From: a virus
Taxonomy: Duplodnaviria; Caudoviricetes
DNA length: 64,000 nucleotides
IMG/VR virus record: IMGVR_UViG_3300021431_000012
Location: 1 to 64,000 of that record
Reading direction: 5' to 3' (one strand)
The translations under genes were made by a program, and so were the position numbers. Shown piece after piece: positions 25,784 to 36,504 of this stretch (positions are counted from its first letter, which is position 1; every line of letters begins with the position of its first letter). A model generated the notes under the pieces. The model made no database searches, was not told the origin of the DNA, and worked only from the letters and a program-made list of their open reading frames with translations.

Positions 25784-26107
25784 ATGGTAAAATTAGTTGA
25801 TAGCGAATTGGATATTGTTCCCGTTGTGGGGTCTAACAATGATTTATCCAAAGAATTAACGAAGTTGCGTCGTTCAAATACTGCGTTACGCAATGTGAAC
25901 AAGGAGCGTGGCAATCGCATTAGTCTTTTGGAGTCAAAGATTGCCGAGTTGCATGATGAAAAGCGTGCAACGGAGTCATACATTGACACGCTTGTTGATA
26001 GGGCGAAGCATTTTGAGGAGTTGTACGAAAATGTTCTTTGTGAGCTTGAGGATGAGCGTAGTAAGACGTTATGGGCGCGTTTTCGTGAGCGTTTTCTTCC
26101 GTACTAG
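25784..26107 (+). CDS. Coiled-coil protein (107 aa)
   Basis: Long heptad region ending KTLWARFRERF. Confidence 0.7.
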   Translation: MVKLVDSELDIVPVVGSNNDLSKELTKLRRSNTALRNVNKERGNRISLLESKIAELHDEKRATESYIDTLVDRAKHFEELYENVLCELEDERSKTLWARFRERFLPY

Positions 26108-26202
26108 TATGTGCGGACTTTAGTTTTGTGTTATTTTGATTAATATTTGTCTGTTGTCTGAATAGATTTTTCATGTAAATGTAAGATGTTTAGAAATGAT
26201 GA

Positions 26203-26238
26203 GCCCACCCTATTGGTTGTGAAACCGTTGGGGTGGGC
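26203..26238. terminator. Bidirectional terminator between convergent units
   Basis: GCCCACCC...GGGTGGGC stem followed by a T-run. Confidence 0.7.
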
Positions 26239-26267
26239 GTTTTTAATTAAGGAAAGGGATATATAAA

Positions 26268-26456
26268 CTAAGAAAACACAATCGTATCGCCTTCGACTTC
26301 TACTTTTGCGCCTTGCTGTTGTATTGCCTCGTTGAACGTAGCGTTTAGTTCTTGCTGTGTTTTGTTGAGGTTTGCATCTTTTATTTGTGCTGCGCGTGCT
26401 ACAATGCCGTCGCCCGTTTGTGCGTGCAATGTGCCATAAACTTTGATGTCTGCCAT
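26268..26456 (-). CDS. Small structural/tail-associated protein (62 aa)
   Basis: Last gene of the tail operon. Confidence 0.6.
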   Translation of the reverse strand: MADIKVYGTLHAQTGDGIVARAAQIKDANLNKTQQELNATFNEAIQQQGAKVEVEGDTIVFS

Positions 26457-26482
26457 AATTCTTTCTTTGTTTTTGTTGTTTA

Positions 26483-27298
26483 TTATTCGATATAGAACAC
26501 CATGCTGCCGCTTGCGATGGAGTTAGACGAGCGATAGCACTTGTACTTGCCGATAGTGATTGGCGTTTGCATGGGTACTTCGAAGCCAGATGATGTGACT
26601 TTCATGATAGTAGCATCCGTGCATAGCCAAAGGTATGCCGTTGATGGTGTCGTTGTGGTGTACTTGCTAAATATTGCCGTTCCCGTCTTATGCTGCACGT
26701 TTGTAAGCGATTCTATGTCCGTGGTCGTAGAAATCGTGCTTCCGCCAAATCCTGCATAGATTTCGTTTGTGTCCTCTGGTGTTGGTGTCGGTGGTGTTGG
26801 TACGGGTGGCGTTGGTGCTTCGTGTGCAATCATTTCCTCTAGCACATGTAGCTTGATAGTGCCCATGATATACGAATTACCTTGCCGTTGTAGCTTTTCC
26901 GTTGTCGGTTTGTACGATTCTAGGCATACACAATGTGCTTCTTTTAGTGTGTAGGTAGAGAAAACGTACACGTCGGAATCGGTAAGGAAAGACACGAACT
27001 CGTCATGTTGTTCGCGAACGTCAATACCGCCCTCTGCGTATCTATTACCAACGATGAAAGTGATTTCGATGTCGGGGTTTTCGCGTATCACCACGGGGTT
27101 GTTATGCTCGTCTAGTGTGGCAATCTGAAAATCCTCCGTCTGGTTGTCTATCCAGTGTGCCGTATAGATGTTCACTGGCTTGCCTCGTTCCTCAAAACCG
27201 TCAATTTTCAAGATTCTCACGCCGTCAAAGAGAGTTGTGATGTCTTGATAGTCGTTTATTTCGGAATTTTTGATAAAATACTTGTTTTTAAGTTCCAT
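26483..27298 (-). CDS. Putative distal-tail protein with Pro/Thr linker and C-terminal extra domain
   Basis: Second gene after the tape measure; PTPPVPTPPTPTP linker; start MELKNKYF. Confidence 0.5.
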   Translation of the reverse strand: MELKNKYFIKNSEINDYQDITTLFDGVRILKIDGFEERGKPVNIYTAHWIDNQTEDFQIATLDEHNNPVVIRENPDIEITFIVGNRYAEGGIDVREQHDEFVSFLTDSDVYVFSTYTLKEAHCVCLESYKPTTEKLQRQGNSYIMGTIKLHVLEEMIAHEAPTPPVPTPPTPTPEDTNEIYAGFGGSTISTTTDIESLTNVQHKTGTAIFSKYTTTTPSTAYLWLCTDATIMKVTSSGFEVPMQTPITIGKYKCYRSSNSIASGSMVFYIE

Positions 27299-27317
27299 AA
27301 TGTGTATAGATTTTGTT

Positions 27318-27905
27318 TTATAGTCGTAGTTCTTTGTCAAACACCTTTATATCGTTGGATAGGCAGTATTTTTCTTGAATCACATTCGCCTTTTCGCTAT
27401 ATCTGAACACGCGAATAGTGCTTTCATCATCCACGTCATCTAGATGTATGGTGCTATCGTCGAAGAGCATGATGCGGATGTTGTTATAGCCGCCACAAAC
27501 AAGATGTATGTTTGATGTGTTGCTAACGTAGATAGTCGGGCATTTGGTTTCTTCCACCTCTATAGTGATTCCCTCGCACCATATAAAGTGCGAAATATCC
27601 ACTTTTAGCGGCATCACATTCGCATGATAGTCAACGAACAAGCCATAGGTGTAGCCATGTACGCCGTCGCAGTCGTATAGTTCTCGTCCATTGACGTAAT
27701 CGGCGAACTCTTTTAGAATATACTCCTTGCTTAGTCCTTTGTGCCAATAGCAGTATGATGCAAAGAATGGAATTGATTGCTGTGCGAGGCACAAGGAAAC
27801 CAATTTCTCCTTGTCCTCGCCAGCGGATTTCCAATAGCCTTTATACTCATCGCATAGGTTGTTAAGCAATGCTTCTTTGTAGAATGAAAACATTTCCTTG
27901 TCCAT
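27318..27905 (-). CDS. Hypothetical tail-region protein (195 aa)
   Basis: Immediately after the tape measure gene. Confidence 0.7.
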   Translation of the reverse strand: MDKEMFSFYKEALLNNLCDEYKGYWKSAGEDKEKLVSLCLAQQSIPFFASYCYWHKGLSKEYILKEFADYVNGRELYDCDGVHGYTYGLFVDYHANVMPLKVDISHFIWCEGITIEVEETKCPTIYVSNTSNIHLVCGGYNNIRIMLFDDSTIHLDDVDDESTIRVFRYSEKANVIQEKYCLSNDIKVFDKELRL

Positions 27906-27919
27906 GTTGTATTTCGCTT

Positions 27920-30900
27920 TTAAACCATTTCACATCGTACTGCCAAGCCATTAGCACTGCTCCATCCAATCAAGATGTTCTGTATTGCCGTTTGCACTTG
28001 ATAGCTATATTGTAGCTGCAAAAGTATTTGTGCTTGCGTGCCAAGTTGTGCGTCATTGTCTGCGGCAACCACTGCATCGCGAATCTGCGTCAACAAGTCC
28101 GTATGAACATATTGTTGTTGTGTGTTTGCATTCCAATATGCTTCTAGTGCGCCAGCCTGGTCTTCGGTGATTCCTTGTATGCCTTGTTGTAGTGCCGATA
28201 GGTTGCTTTGTGTCGTGCTACTACTACCATAGGCAACACCAAGTGCGTTATAAAGGTTTCGCAAATCCTCGTTGATGGCTTCGCTAATGCTCTTGTCGCC
28301 AATAAGCTGCCGTATGCGCATGAGTTCGCTTTCCGTGATGTCAGTGCCACCTGCACTATCTTCGCCCGTGATTTGCTCCACCAAGTCCCAAATCGGTTGA
28401 AGTCGTTTAGCGACAAGTCGTGATGCTACCGATTTCATAATCATTTGGTCAATCATGTCATCAAACTTGCTACTTAGTGCATCCATGGTGTCCTCACCAC
28501 TTCGCCATGCGCCTACCCATGTGCTTACAAAGTCCTCTGCGGCCGATTTGATGTCGCTACCGAGCAATGTAGTGGTAATGCTTTCCGTCAAGTCCTCAAT
28601 TTCGTTCTTTAGGCTTTGCATCGTTTCCTCGTTTTGCTTGATAGTTTCATCGTCGCGGTCTTTTGAGCGTTTAGAGCGTTCAAGTCGTGTCTGACGTTCA
28701 ATCTCCGCAAGTTCTGCTTGCTTATTCGCAATGGCAAGCTTCCTTGCGCGTAATTCCTCATTGCCCATGGCTTTATCAACACTCCTTTCAAGGTCGTTGT
28801 ATGCCATTTGCAACCGCCTTACTTCCTCTTGGCTCTTGGTGATTTCCTTGTTGATGCGCTTTGTTCTTGCTGCGCCGTCACCAAATGCACTTGCAATGGC
28901 ATCGCCAAGCCCGCCGACGGTCTTTAGGACGCCCGTTACCGCGCCAACCACATTGCCACTTTGCAATGATGATACCGTTTGGTTCAAGCCTTCGCCCATT
29001 GTGCCCAAGTCATCAATGACTGCGTTTAGCTCATTGCCAAGGTCTACGCCGAACATATCATGCAATGTGTCACGCAACTCGCCAAGTGACTGTAGGTTCG
29101 CGGCTACGATTTGCACAACTTTTGCGATTCCACTTGCCTGGTCATCGAATATCTTGCGCATGAGGTCGTATTGTTCATTAAGTTCCTCTGCTGCGGCAAG
29201 TTCTTCCTTTAGCTTTTGGAGCTTTTCTTCCTCCATGGAAAGCTGGCCCTCCAAAGCCGTGCGAATAACCACGTTCCACGGTTGTTGTGCCTTTAGCTGT
29301 TCAAGTTGTACTTTCTTTGCTTCAACAATCTTTTCTTGTTCATCATAGTTTATTTGTGCTTGAACAAAGTCTTTTTGCGCCTGCTTGCCTTGTTTTCCTA
29401 CCGCCCTAGCATAGTCCCGCACGTTCTTTATAAGCCCCTTGAACGGGTTTCTATCTATCAATTCGGCGTTGATTTTCTCAAATTGTTGTGTGACCTGCTT
29501 GAGTTGTTCGGGCGAGAGCGTTCCCATTTCGTCTTTCAGTTCGATAAGACGTTGGCGAATCGCCATTAGTGTGGATTGTGAAAGCGTGTCAAGATTTTCA
29601 AACATTGCGATATACAATCTGCTTTGCTTGAATTCGTCAAACTTTGCCGCACCCTTTTCCCTTTGCGCACCACTTTCAATGGCATTTAGCTTTGCTATGT
29701 ATTCGGGTCGCTTGCGCATTTCCTCGGTATAGTATGCTTCGTTGAGCTTTTTAACCTTTTCAAGTCTATCTGCTTCAATTTCGGCTATCTTATCCGTGTA
29801 GTCACCGTATTTCTTTACATAGTCATCAAGCATCTTTTCCGTGTCTTCAATGTTTTTCTTGAACATGTCACGGAATGATTTTTGCCATTGTATTAGCTTT
29901 TGCATGGGTTCGCTTTGCGTGTCTATACCCATCCATGTATCGCCGCTTAAATCGGTTCGCATTAGGTCAAACGGGGTGTTTACACCTAGCTTTGCAAGTT
30001 CCTTTTTGGCAATTTCATTTGCGCGGTGCAATGCTTCGCCAAAGGTGTGTGGCAACGCCTCTAAATCAATGTCGAATAGGTTGGCAAACACATCACCAAG
30101 TTCGGGATTTGCATCCAATTCTACGGCAAGCTCATATTCATCCTTTAGCTTTGAAAGTTCGTTGTTTAGACCCTCGGTGATTTTCTTGTGGTCATAGGAG
30201 ATGGCGTCAATCTTGATTTCCTTGATTTTCACCTCCAAGTCCTTGATTTCTGCAGGCTTTGCTTTTCCCGATGCAACAAGTGAATCAAGTTGCGTTTGCA
30301 ACATGTTCATGATTTCACGAGGATTGGCTACGCCTGCAAACTTTTTCAATTGCAATTCACCAAGACCAAACTTTTGGAAAGTCTTGTTGATAGATGTTAC
30401 CGACTTATCGTAGCCATCAATAGACTCTTGTATTGCGGTTTCCGAATCAACGCCCTCCTTGACAAGTTTCTTGTATGTAGAACGAACCTTGTCAATAAGT
30501 GAAAGTTCCTCGCGCAAGGCTTTTTGTAACTCGCTTTCCTCTTGCCGTTGCTGCTTTGCCGCATCACGGCGCGATTTGGCTTCGTCTTTCCTATCTTTTG
30601 CTTCTTGTTTCTTGTCATGGCCACCTTGGGCTTCTGCTCTAGCAAGGTCTTTTTCGTTGTCTTCTATTTCTTTAATGACTTGCGCGTATTCCTTTGCTGT
30701 TTTATAGTCACCTTTTAGACCACCAGCCTTTGCAAGTTCATCCCTACGTCGCTTTAGACGTTCAATATTTGATGTTGCCTTTTGTACTTGTGAATCAGCC
30801 TCGTTAAGAATATCTATAACACGTTTTTCTTCGCCAGTTCCAATAGTCAATGGGATAAATATGCTCCATTGGTTTGCGTTCAAGATGTAGTTTCTTAATT

Positions 30901-33900
30901 GGTTGAACACATTTTCGTATGATTCGCCATTTTGCTTTGCATACTGACGTGCAAGGTCACTAACCCACTTGTAGTATTCGCCTTTTTGGAAATCAAGTGA
31001 TTTGATTTGTTTTGCATCCATTCCTCGGAACATTTCCGTCATTTCTGACATGTGCTGTTCCTTCATCCACTTGGTAAAACTTGCCCAATGCACACGGCTT
31101 TCGGCGGTGTTGCTATTGAAGAACTTTTGTTCCTCTACTAAAGCATCTATTCTTGCTTGAATATCCGCACGGGCATTTTCATCTCTAGCATGTGCAAGCG
31201 CGGCTTTTTCATCGGCAATACGAATCTTGTATGCTTCTTGCATCGCCTTCGTCTTTTGCTCTTCGACGAGCATTTGCAATGTAAAAGCATGCTGCGGGTC
31301 AAGTTGGTTTTCGGCAACAAGTTTGCTTGTGATTTGCGAGAACACCTCTGTAATCCTATCAGTATTACCTCCCCAACCTTTCATGTTGATAAAATCAATA
31401 ATTGATTGGGTGGTTTCTGCCACATCTTCCCTTACCTTGTAGAATGCTTCCGACAAGCCTCGTACATCATTCTTATAGCTATTTGCAACATTCGCCGCAA
31501 GCGTCCTTGTGCCGTCTTTTTGTAGTACCGTAGACTTTTCTAACAAAGCATTAACACTACCATACTGCTTAATAACCTTGTTGAGTTCGCCTTGGTAGTC
31601 TTTAAGGTTGCCAATCAAACCGTCTGGCGCAGCCCATAGATTCCACCATTTAGACCAATCCTGTGTTACCTTAATAGTTTCGTCATCAATTTCTTTTAAA
31701 GCTGCACTTACAACGCTAATTTCATTGATTATCTTAAAGCCTTGGCGTAATCTTTCGCTTACATTTTCAATTTGCATTAAGCGACTAATATGTTCATCGG
31801 CAGCTTTAGATGTAAGTTCGATTTGTTCGCGCATGGCTTCCCATGCCTTGTTAGCCTCATCCTCATTGATGTCTTGAGGAATCAATGTGTCGGTGTAAAC
31901 TGGCTTTCCATTTTTTGTGCCATACTGCCTTTTTTCTGTCCTATATAGACTATTGGCAACATCTTGGTATCGCTCGCCAAACTTTGCAAGGTCATCATAG
32001 TTGCTTTTTGCACCTTCTCGTATGGATTGGTTTAGCTGCTTGGTTGCTTCATCACAATTTGATATTGCTTGAACAACATCAACAATGGCAAGGGCAAGCA
32101 AAGACCACCATGTTAATGGCGTTCTTACAAGTGCGCCAATAGACTTGCCAACCATGGATATTCTTTTTGAAGCCCATGAACCAGCAATTCCAGCGGTTGT
32201 CATTTCCTTGCTAAGAATACGCCATTGCAGACCACTTTTAACAAGTATGACGTTTAATGCTCTAAAGGCGACAACGATTCCTGCAGCCCATGCGACATTT
32301 TTAAGTGCCCTGTCGAATTCGCGCCAATGCAAAAATAATGTTTTTAATGCATTAATGCCAGTAGTGAGCATTCCTTGGCTTTCCTTACCGATTTCATTAA
32401 GCATGTTGTTCCATGCAAGCGTAAGGTTTGCCAATCGCACCTTTAGCGTGTCGGCCATCTTTGCTTGGAAGTTGAAATACTTACCACCCTCATCGGTTAG
32501 GCGTGTTACAACGGTCATTACATCATTGTAGCTAATTGCCTTTTTCTTGATTCTATCGTAGACATCGGCAACGCTAACCACTTTTCCTTCAAGTTCCGAA
32601 TAGGTGTTTGCAAGTTCACGAACGAGAGGGATACCTGCGTTGGCAAACATACGAGCATCACGTGCATTGAGATAGCCGTAAGCCTTTACCTGTCCCAATG
32701 CGTATGTAAGACGGTCAATAGGTACACCAACTGCCGACGCCATATCTGCCAAACGACGCGTGGTATCAACAACATCCTTTGCCGCAACATCATAAGCCGT
32801 AAGCTGCTTTGCTGCTTGCGAAAGTTCAATTAGTGTGTACGGCGAGATAAGTGCCATTTGCGATAGTTCTTGGAATATCTCAGAACCACGCTCTGCGCTA
32901 TCAACAAGAATGCCCAATGCGCGTTCGGTCATTTCATATTGACCTCGAATCTCAATAAGACCCTTTACAAATTGCGTGCTAGCACCAATGGTAAGGTAGA
33001 ATGCCATACGATTTTTCATGTAGTTCCATGAACGTGTAAGGGCATTTGTGACCTCGTTGGCTTGTTTGGTCGATGCTGTGAACCTATCCATGTCCCTAGT
33101 CAACTTGACAATGGCATCATCAACCTTTTTTATTTCGCCCGCCTGCTTTGGGTCTGTGACATTGATTCCTCGTTTGTATGCTTGCAATTGCTTTAGCTTG
33201 TAAGCCATTTCGTCAAGAGTTCTAACGGGTAGGCTTTCGATAAAGCTCATGTTTATAGGGCGCGACATTTCAGATTTAGTCATGTGAATGGCTTGCTGTA
33301 AATATTGCATCCTATCAATTGTGTGCTTACCTAAAGGGGATTGCCTTTCGGTAGCCGTCATTTTTTTGTAGGCACTTTCAAGCTGCTTGTACTCACTAGT
33401 GATTTTTTCCAAAGAATCGGAATACATTCTAGAATTAATTACCTCTTCTCTGCTAATTCCTAGTTTATTTGCGAGCATGTTGTTAAATGCGCCTTGATTA
33501 CCTATTTCGGCATTTGGAGAAATGTATTTATTGCGCTTTTGCTGCTCTTGTGTTATTTGTTGTTCAATAACAAGCCTTTGTTGTGCTGCACTAACTTCTG
33601 CTTGCGCATTTTGTTGTTCAATTTGTGACGCACGTTCACGCTTTTGTCTTTCGGCGGCAAGTTGCTGTTCAATTTTAAGGATTTGTTCCTCAACGGATAA
33701 TGTTGATTTCGCATATATTGGCATAGAAGCCAACTTGCGTACATCATCTTCGGTGACCCATGTCGAATAGTAGCCTACGCCTTTTTCTTTCCAAGATGTG
33801 CTTTCACGAATGGCTTGTGCTTGCCGCCTAATTTCTTCGGTCTTTCTTTGTTCTTGTGACGTTTGCGCCGCTGACGCCTCGGTTGCGCTTCGTTGTTCAA

Positions 33901-34588
33901 CCGTAAGTTCGCGCAATGCTTGGCGTTGCTTGTCATATTCGGCTTGCTTTGCGGCAAGTGCTGCCTTTTCTTCTTGTGCAATCCTACTAGTGCTTTGTAG
34001 TTGTTCCGATGTTAATTGCTTGATTTTTTGTTGCAAAAGGTCAATTTCATCGGTAATAGCTTTAACCTCCATTCTTGACCTGTCAGGATTTGAATACAAT
34101 GTATTGAGTTGCGCTCGTAGTTCTTGAATTCTATTTTGCACCTCAATTATTTGTCTTTCAAACCTTTGGTATTCCGAAAATTGCCTATCAAGGCTAATAC
34201 CAGGCATTGATGTAATCTCTGCTTTTAGCTTTGAAAGATTATCCCTATAGCTTTGAACAAAGACATAGAAACTATCTTGTGCGCTTTTCGGGCGCATGGC
34301 ATTTTGTTGCGCATTGGCAAGTGCATCAAATGTTTGGGTAGTGGTTTTAACGGCTTGTGTAAGGCGTTCTTGTTGCACTATTTGTTGCGTGTTTGCATTA
34401 GCACTACCTGCATCAATCTTGACATTGTTCAATTGACGAACTTTTTGCAACATTCCGTCAATCGTTGTGTCAAAATTATGTTTCATCTTTTGCGTGCCGT
34501 CAGCAACCGCTTGCACAAGTTCTTGGATAGACTTTTTTATCTGGCTATCGTCCAAACTTCCAACAATGATTGTCGCTTCGTTTTGCAT
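27920..34588 (-). CDS. Tape measure protein (2222 aa)
   Basis: Very long and helical; tape_meas-like core (FQELSQMALISPYTLIELSQAAKQLTAY...LGQVKAYG); follows the tail chaperones. Confidence 0.92.
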   Translation of the reverse strand: MQNEATIIVGSLDDSQIKKSIQELVQAVADGTQKMKHNFDTTIDGMLQKVRQLNNVKIDAGSANANTQQIVQQERLTQAVKTTTQTFDALANAQQNAMRPKSAQDSFYVFVQSYRDNLSKLKAEITSMPGISLDRQFSEYQRFERQIIEVQNRIQELRAQLNTLYSNPDRSRMEVKAITDEIDLLQQKIKQLTSEQLQSTSRIAQEEKAALAAKQAEYDKQRQALRELTVEQRSATEASAAQTSQEQRKTEEIRRQAQAIRESTSWKEKGVGYYSTWVTEDDVRKLASMPIYAKSTLSVEEQILKIEQQLAAERQKRERASQIEQQNAQAEVSAAQQRLVIEQQITQEQQKRNKYISPNAEIGNQGAFNNMLANKLGISREEVINSRMYSDSLEKITSEYKQLESAYKKMTATERQSPLGKHTIDRMQYLQQAIHMTKSEMSRPINMSFIESLPVRTLDEMAYKLKQLQAYKRGINVTDPKQAGEIKKVDDAIVKLTRDMDRFTASTKQANEVTNALTRSWNYMKNRMAFYLTIGASTQFVKGLIEIRGQYEMTERALGILVDSAERGSEIFQELSQMALISPYTLIELSQAAKQLTAYDVAAKDVVDTTRRLADMASAVGVPIDRLTYALGQVKAYGYLNARDARMFANAGIPLVRELANTYSELEGKVVSVADVYDRIKKKAISYNDVMTVVTRLTDEGGKYFNFQAKMADTLKVRLANLTLAWNNMLNEIGKESQGMLTTGINALKTLFLHWREFDRALKNVAWAAGIVVAFRALNVILVKSGLQWRILSKEMTTAGIAGSWASKRISMVGKSIGALVRTPLTWWSLLALAIVDVVQAISNCDEATKQLNQSIREGAKSNYDDLAKFGERYQDVANSLYRTEKRQYGTKNGKPVYTDTLIPQDINEDEANKAWEAMREQIELTSKAADEHISRLMQIENVSERLRQGFKIINEISVVSAALKEIDDETIKVTQDWSKWWNLWAAPDGLIGNLKDYQGELNKVIKQYGSVNALLEKSTVLQKDGTRTLAANVANSYKNDVRGLSEAFYKVREDVAETTQSIIDFINMKGWGGNTDRITEVFSQITSKLVAENQLDPQHAFTLQMLVEEQKTKAMQEAYKIRIADEKAALAHARDENARADIQARIDALVEEQKFFNSNTAESRVHWASFTKWMKEQHMSEMTEMFRGMDAKQIKSLDFQKGEYYKWVSDLARQYAKQNGESYENVFNQLRNYILNANQWSIFIPLTIGTGEEKRVIDILNEADSQVQKATSNIERLKRRRDELAKAGGLKGDYKTAKEYAQVIKEIEDNEKDLARAEAQGGHDKKQEAKDRKDEAKSRRDAAKQQRQEESELQKALREELSLIDKVRSTYKKLVKEGVDSETAIQESIDGYDKSVTSINKTFQKFGLGELQLKKFAGVANPREIMNMLQTQLDSLVASGKAKPAEIKDLEVKIKEIKIDAISYDHKKITEGLNNELSKLKDEYELAVELDANPELGDVFANLFDIDLEALPHTFGEALHRANEIAKKELAKLGVNTPFDLMRTDLSGDTWMGIDTQSEPMQKLIQWQKSFRDMFKKNIEDTEKMLDDYVKKYGDYTDKIAEIEADRLEKVKKLNEAYYTEEMRKRPEYIAKLNAIESGAQREKGAAKFDEFKQSRLYIAMFENLDTLSQSTLMAIRQRLIELKDEMGTLSPEQLKQVTQQFEKINAELIDRNPFKGLIKNVRDYARAVGKQGKQAQKDFVQAQINYDEQEKIVEAKKVQLEQLKAQQPWNVVIRTALEGQLSMEEEKLQKLKEELAAAEELNEQYDLMRKIFDDQASGIAKVVQIVAANLQSLGELRDTLHDMFGVDLGNELNAVIDDLGTMGEGLNQTVSSLQSGNVVGAVTGVLKTVGGLGDAIASAFGDGAARTKRINKEITKSQEEVRRLQMAYNDLERSVDKAMGNEELRARKLAIANKQAELAEIERQTRLERSKRSKDRDDETIKQNEETMQSLKNEIEDLTESITTTLLGSDIKSAAEDFVSTWVGAWRSGEDTMDALSSKFDDMIDQMIMKSVASRLVAKRLQPIWDLVEQITGEDSAGGTDITESELMRIRQLIGDKSISEAINEDLRNLYNALGVAYGSSSTTQSNLSALQQGIQGITEDQAGALEAYWNANTQQQYVHTDLLTQIRDAVVAADNDAQLGTQAQILLQLQYSYQVQTAIQNILIGWSSANGLAVRCEMV

Positions 34589-34593
34589 ATCTT

Positions 34594-34956
34594 TTACTTT
34601 TTAATCGGAACATCGAATTCTTCGCCATCTTCAAGTTCGGGTGCATTAAGACCGTTAAAGAACTTGTCCAACTGCTTTTGTGAATCAAGTGCCTCCTTGT
34701 AGTTTTTCCACGTCTTTTTGTCCGCGCCTTTCAAATACTTTGTGTGCGTGTTATCAATTGCCATAAATTGAATCCTTGCACAACTTAGCCGATATAGATA
34801 GTCATCAAGCGTGTATTGCGTGAACACCTTTAGGAAGTCGGCTGCATCCGCAATGATTGTGCTTCCGTAAACAGTGAGGCTGTCTCCATTGACTTCTTCT
34901 TCCTCGTCAGAAGAGAATCCGTAAGCATACTCACCGATTTTTTGAGTAAAAAAAAA
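34594..34956 (-). CDS. Tail assembly chaperone -1 frameshift extension (gpT-like)
   Basis: The -1 frame is open from the T9 slippery run (34948-34956) through ORF 34594-34827. Confidence 0.75.
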   Translation of the reverse strand, partial: FFFTQKIGEYAYGFSSDEEEEVNGDSLTVYGSTIIADAADFLKVFTQYTLDDYLYRLSCARIQFMAIDNTHTKYLKGADKKTWKNYKEALDSQKQLDKFFNGLNAPELEDGEEFDVPIKK

Positions 34957-35417
34957 CCAGACAAGTCAATGCTTTTAATGGCGGCAAGCACAATTCCTGC
35001 CCATTGGTTCACCTCAAATGTGCTATTCATCACTTTCATCTTCATCACGGAAACATAATGGTCATTGCGCGATTTCCCCTCCTCGTTGGTCATGTTACCT
35101 TCTGGCGTGAACAAATGGTTACAAAGAATAATGGCAACAATCTCACACATGGCATCAAGGTCGGTGCATAATGCCGTGAGAATTTTGTTGTCATCGTCTA
35201 AATTTTCGTCGGCTTGGCGCATATCCAATGCTAGCCTACAAATGCGATACAGCGAATAATAACGCATATTTTGGATGCGAAATTCGCCATCACCTAACTT
35301 GACAATGGTAGGAGTATCATTTAGGATGTCAATAATGTCCCTTTTGATGTCAATGGGAAAGTCTTGAAGTTCCGTTATTGGTTCGCTTGTTTTTATTTCC
35401 TTTTCCTTTTTTTTCAT
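34830..35417 (-). CDS. Tail assembly chaperone (gpG-like, 195 aa)
   Basis: Between tail tube and tape measure genes; contains the slippery GGT TTT TTT TTA; start MKKKEKE. Confidence 0.8.
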   Translation of the reverse strand: MKKKEKEIKTSEPITELQDFPIDIKRDIIDILNDTPTIVKLGDGEFRIQNMRYYSLYRICRLALDMRQADENLDDDNKILTALCTDLDAMCEIVAIILCNHLFTPEGNMTNEEGKSRNDHYVSVMKMKVMNSTFEVNQWAGIVLAAIKSIDLSGFFLLKKSVSMLTDSLLTRKKKSMETASLFTEAQSLRMQPTS

Positions 35418-35461
35418 ATTCGTAAACGTGTTTAAATTTTTATACAACATCTTCGTGAAAA

Positions 35462-35503
35462 CAAAAGGGAGCGTCACTGGGGTGTCCCCAATAAACGCTC
35501 CCC
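35462..35503 (-). terminator. Terminator/attenuator after the major tail protein gene
   Basis: GGGAGCGT...ACGCTCCC stem with inner TGGGG/CCCCA, followed by TTTTGTTTT on the minus strand. Confidence 0.7.
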
Positions 35504-35526
35504 ACGTTCACGAAAACGAAAAGTTT

Positions 35527-36036
35527 TTAAGCACTTGTTTTCTTACCGATAATCTTGTAGAGGTGGTCTGTCTCGTTGCTATCTGTGTAGACAAGCGAGC
35601 TAATGGTAACTGAATAGTTCAGTGCGCCATCCTCGTCCTTCTTGATAGTACCGATGGTAAGACCACGATAGATGACAAGCGATGCATTACCACGGCTAAA
35701 GTCAAGTTTCCACTCGAACTCGTTAGTGGTGGCGGCAACGGCTGCCTCATACTCGTCGGCTGCGCTAGATGTAGCGGCGGTAGCAGAACCACCGAATACT
35801 GCTGGAAGCTCCGCGAGGTCGTAGTTTGCAAGTTCAAACGTCATGGTGACGGGATTACCCTGATAGAAGATGTCGAAGGGTGAATCGTAGAACTCGGCTT
35901 CAATCTCGGTGCTATCTGGTTCGTCCTGACCAATGGTAAGACCCTTCAGAACGCCCATAAACTTGGTGTAATCATCACTAGAACCTACTGCGCGATAGCC
36001 CAACTCAATAGGCTTCAAAGTTGTTCTCTTTGCCAT
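35527..36036 (-). CDS. Major tail (tube) protein
   Basis: Position; beta-rich 169 aa; followed by a terminator; codon usage like the capsid gene. Confidence 0.75.
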   Translation of the reverse strand: MAKRTTLKPIELGYRAVGSSDDYTKFMGVLKGLTIGQDEPDSTEIEAEFYDSPFDIFYQGNPVTMTFELANYDLAELPAVFGGSATAATSSAADEYEAAVAATTNEFEWKLDFSRGNASLVIYRGLTIGTIKKDEDGALNYSVTISSLVYTDSNETDHLYKIIGKKTSA

Positions 36037-36064
36037 AATTGCTAAATTTTGTTTGGTTTATTTG

Positions 36065-36499
36065 TTATTTGTTTATTACTACAATGAAAGATTTCACAAA
36101 CAAGAAAAATTGGTTGTCTGCGTTAGAATTTTCATTCGTGTCCATAGACAACACGCTTTGTTCTTGTATGCTAAATTCACCATCATCATTGCCAATCGCA
36201 TTTGCAATCACAAGATTTATAGCATCCTCGTATTCCTGATACTTGGTGTAATCAAGCCGTCCGCGACTAAGTGGCGGGACATAAGCCTCAACATAAACAC
36301 GCGCCCATCCGTAAGCAGAACAAGTGAACTCGCTTTCATCATACAAATCACCGACTCGGATAACAAGGAAGCCGTCGTTTGTGTCACTAGTCGTAAGTTC
36401 TTGTGGCTCAAACATTGAATACACATTCTTAGTTACAACATCGTAAAAGAGGTTGTAAACATAATCATATATATCAATTCTTGAATATCGTTCCGTCAT
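36065..36499 (-). CDS. Putative tail terminator protein
   Basis: Position before the tail tube; acidic; 144 aa. Confidence 0.55.
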   Translation of the reverse strand: MTERYSRIDIYDYVYNLFYDVVTKNVYSMFEPQELTTSDTNDGFLVIRVGDLYDESEFTCSAYGWARVYVEAYVPPLSRGRLDYTKYQEYEDAINLVIANAIGNDDGEFSIQEQSVLSMDTNENSNADNQFFLFVKSFIVVINK

Positions 36500-36504
36500 A
36501 TTAC

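Noticed and set aside
27920-34588. Stop-codon reassignment (alternative genetic code)
   Set aside because: Very long genes are uninterrupted under code 11, and TAA, TAG and TGA all end well-packed genes.
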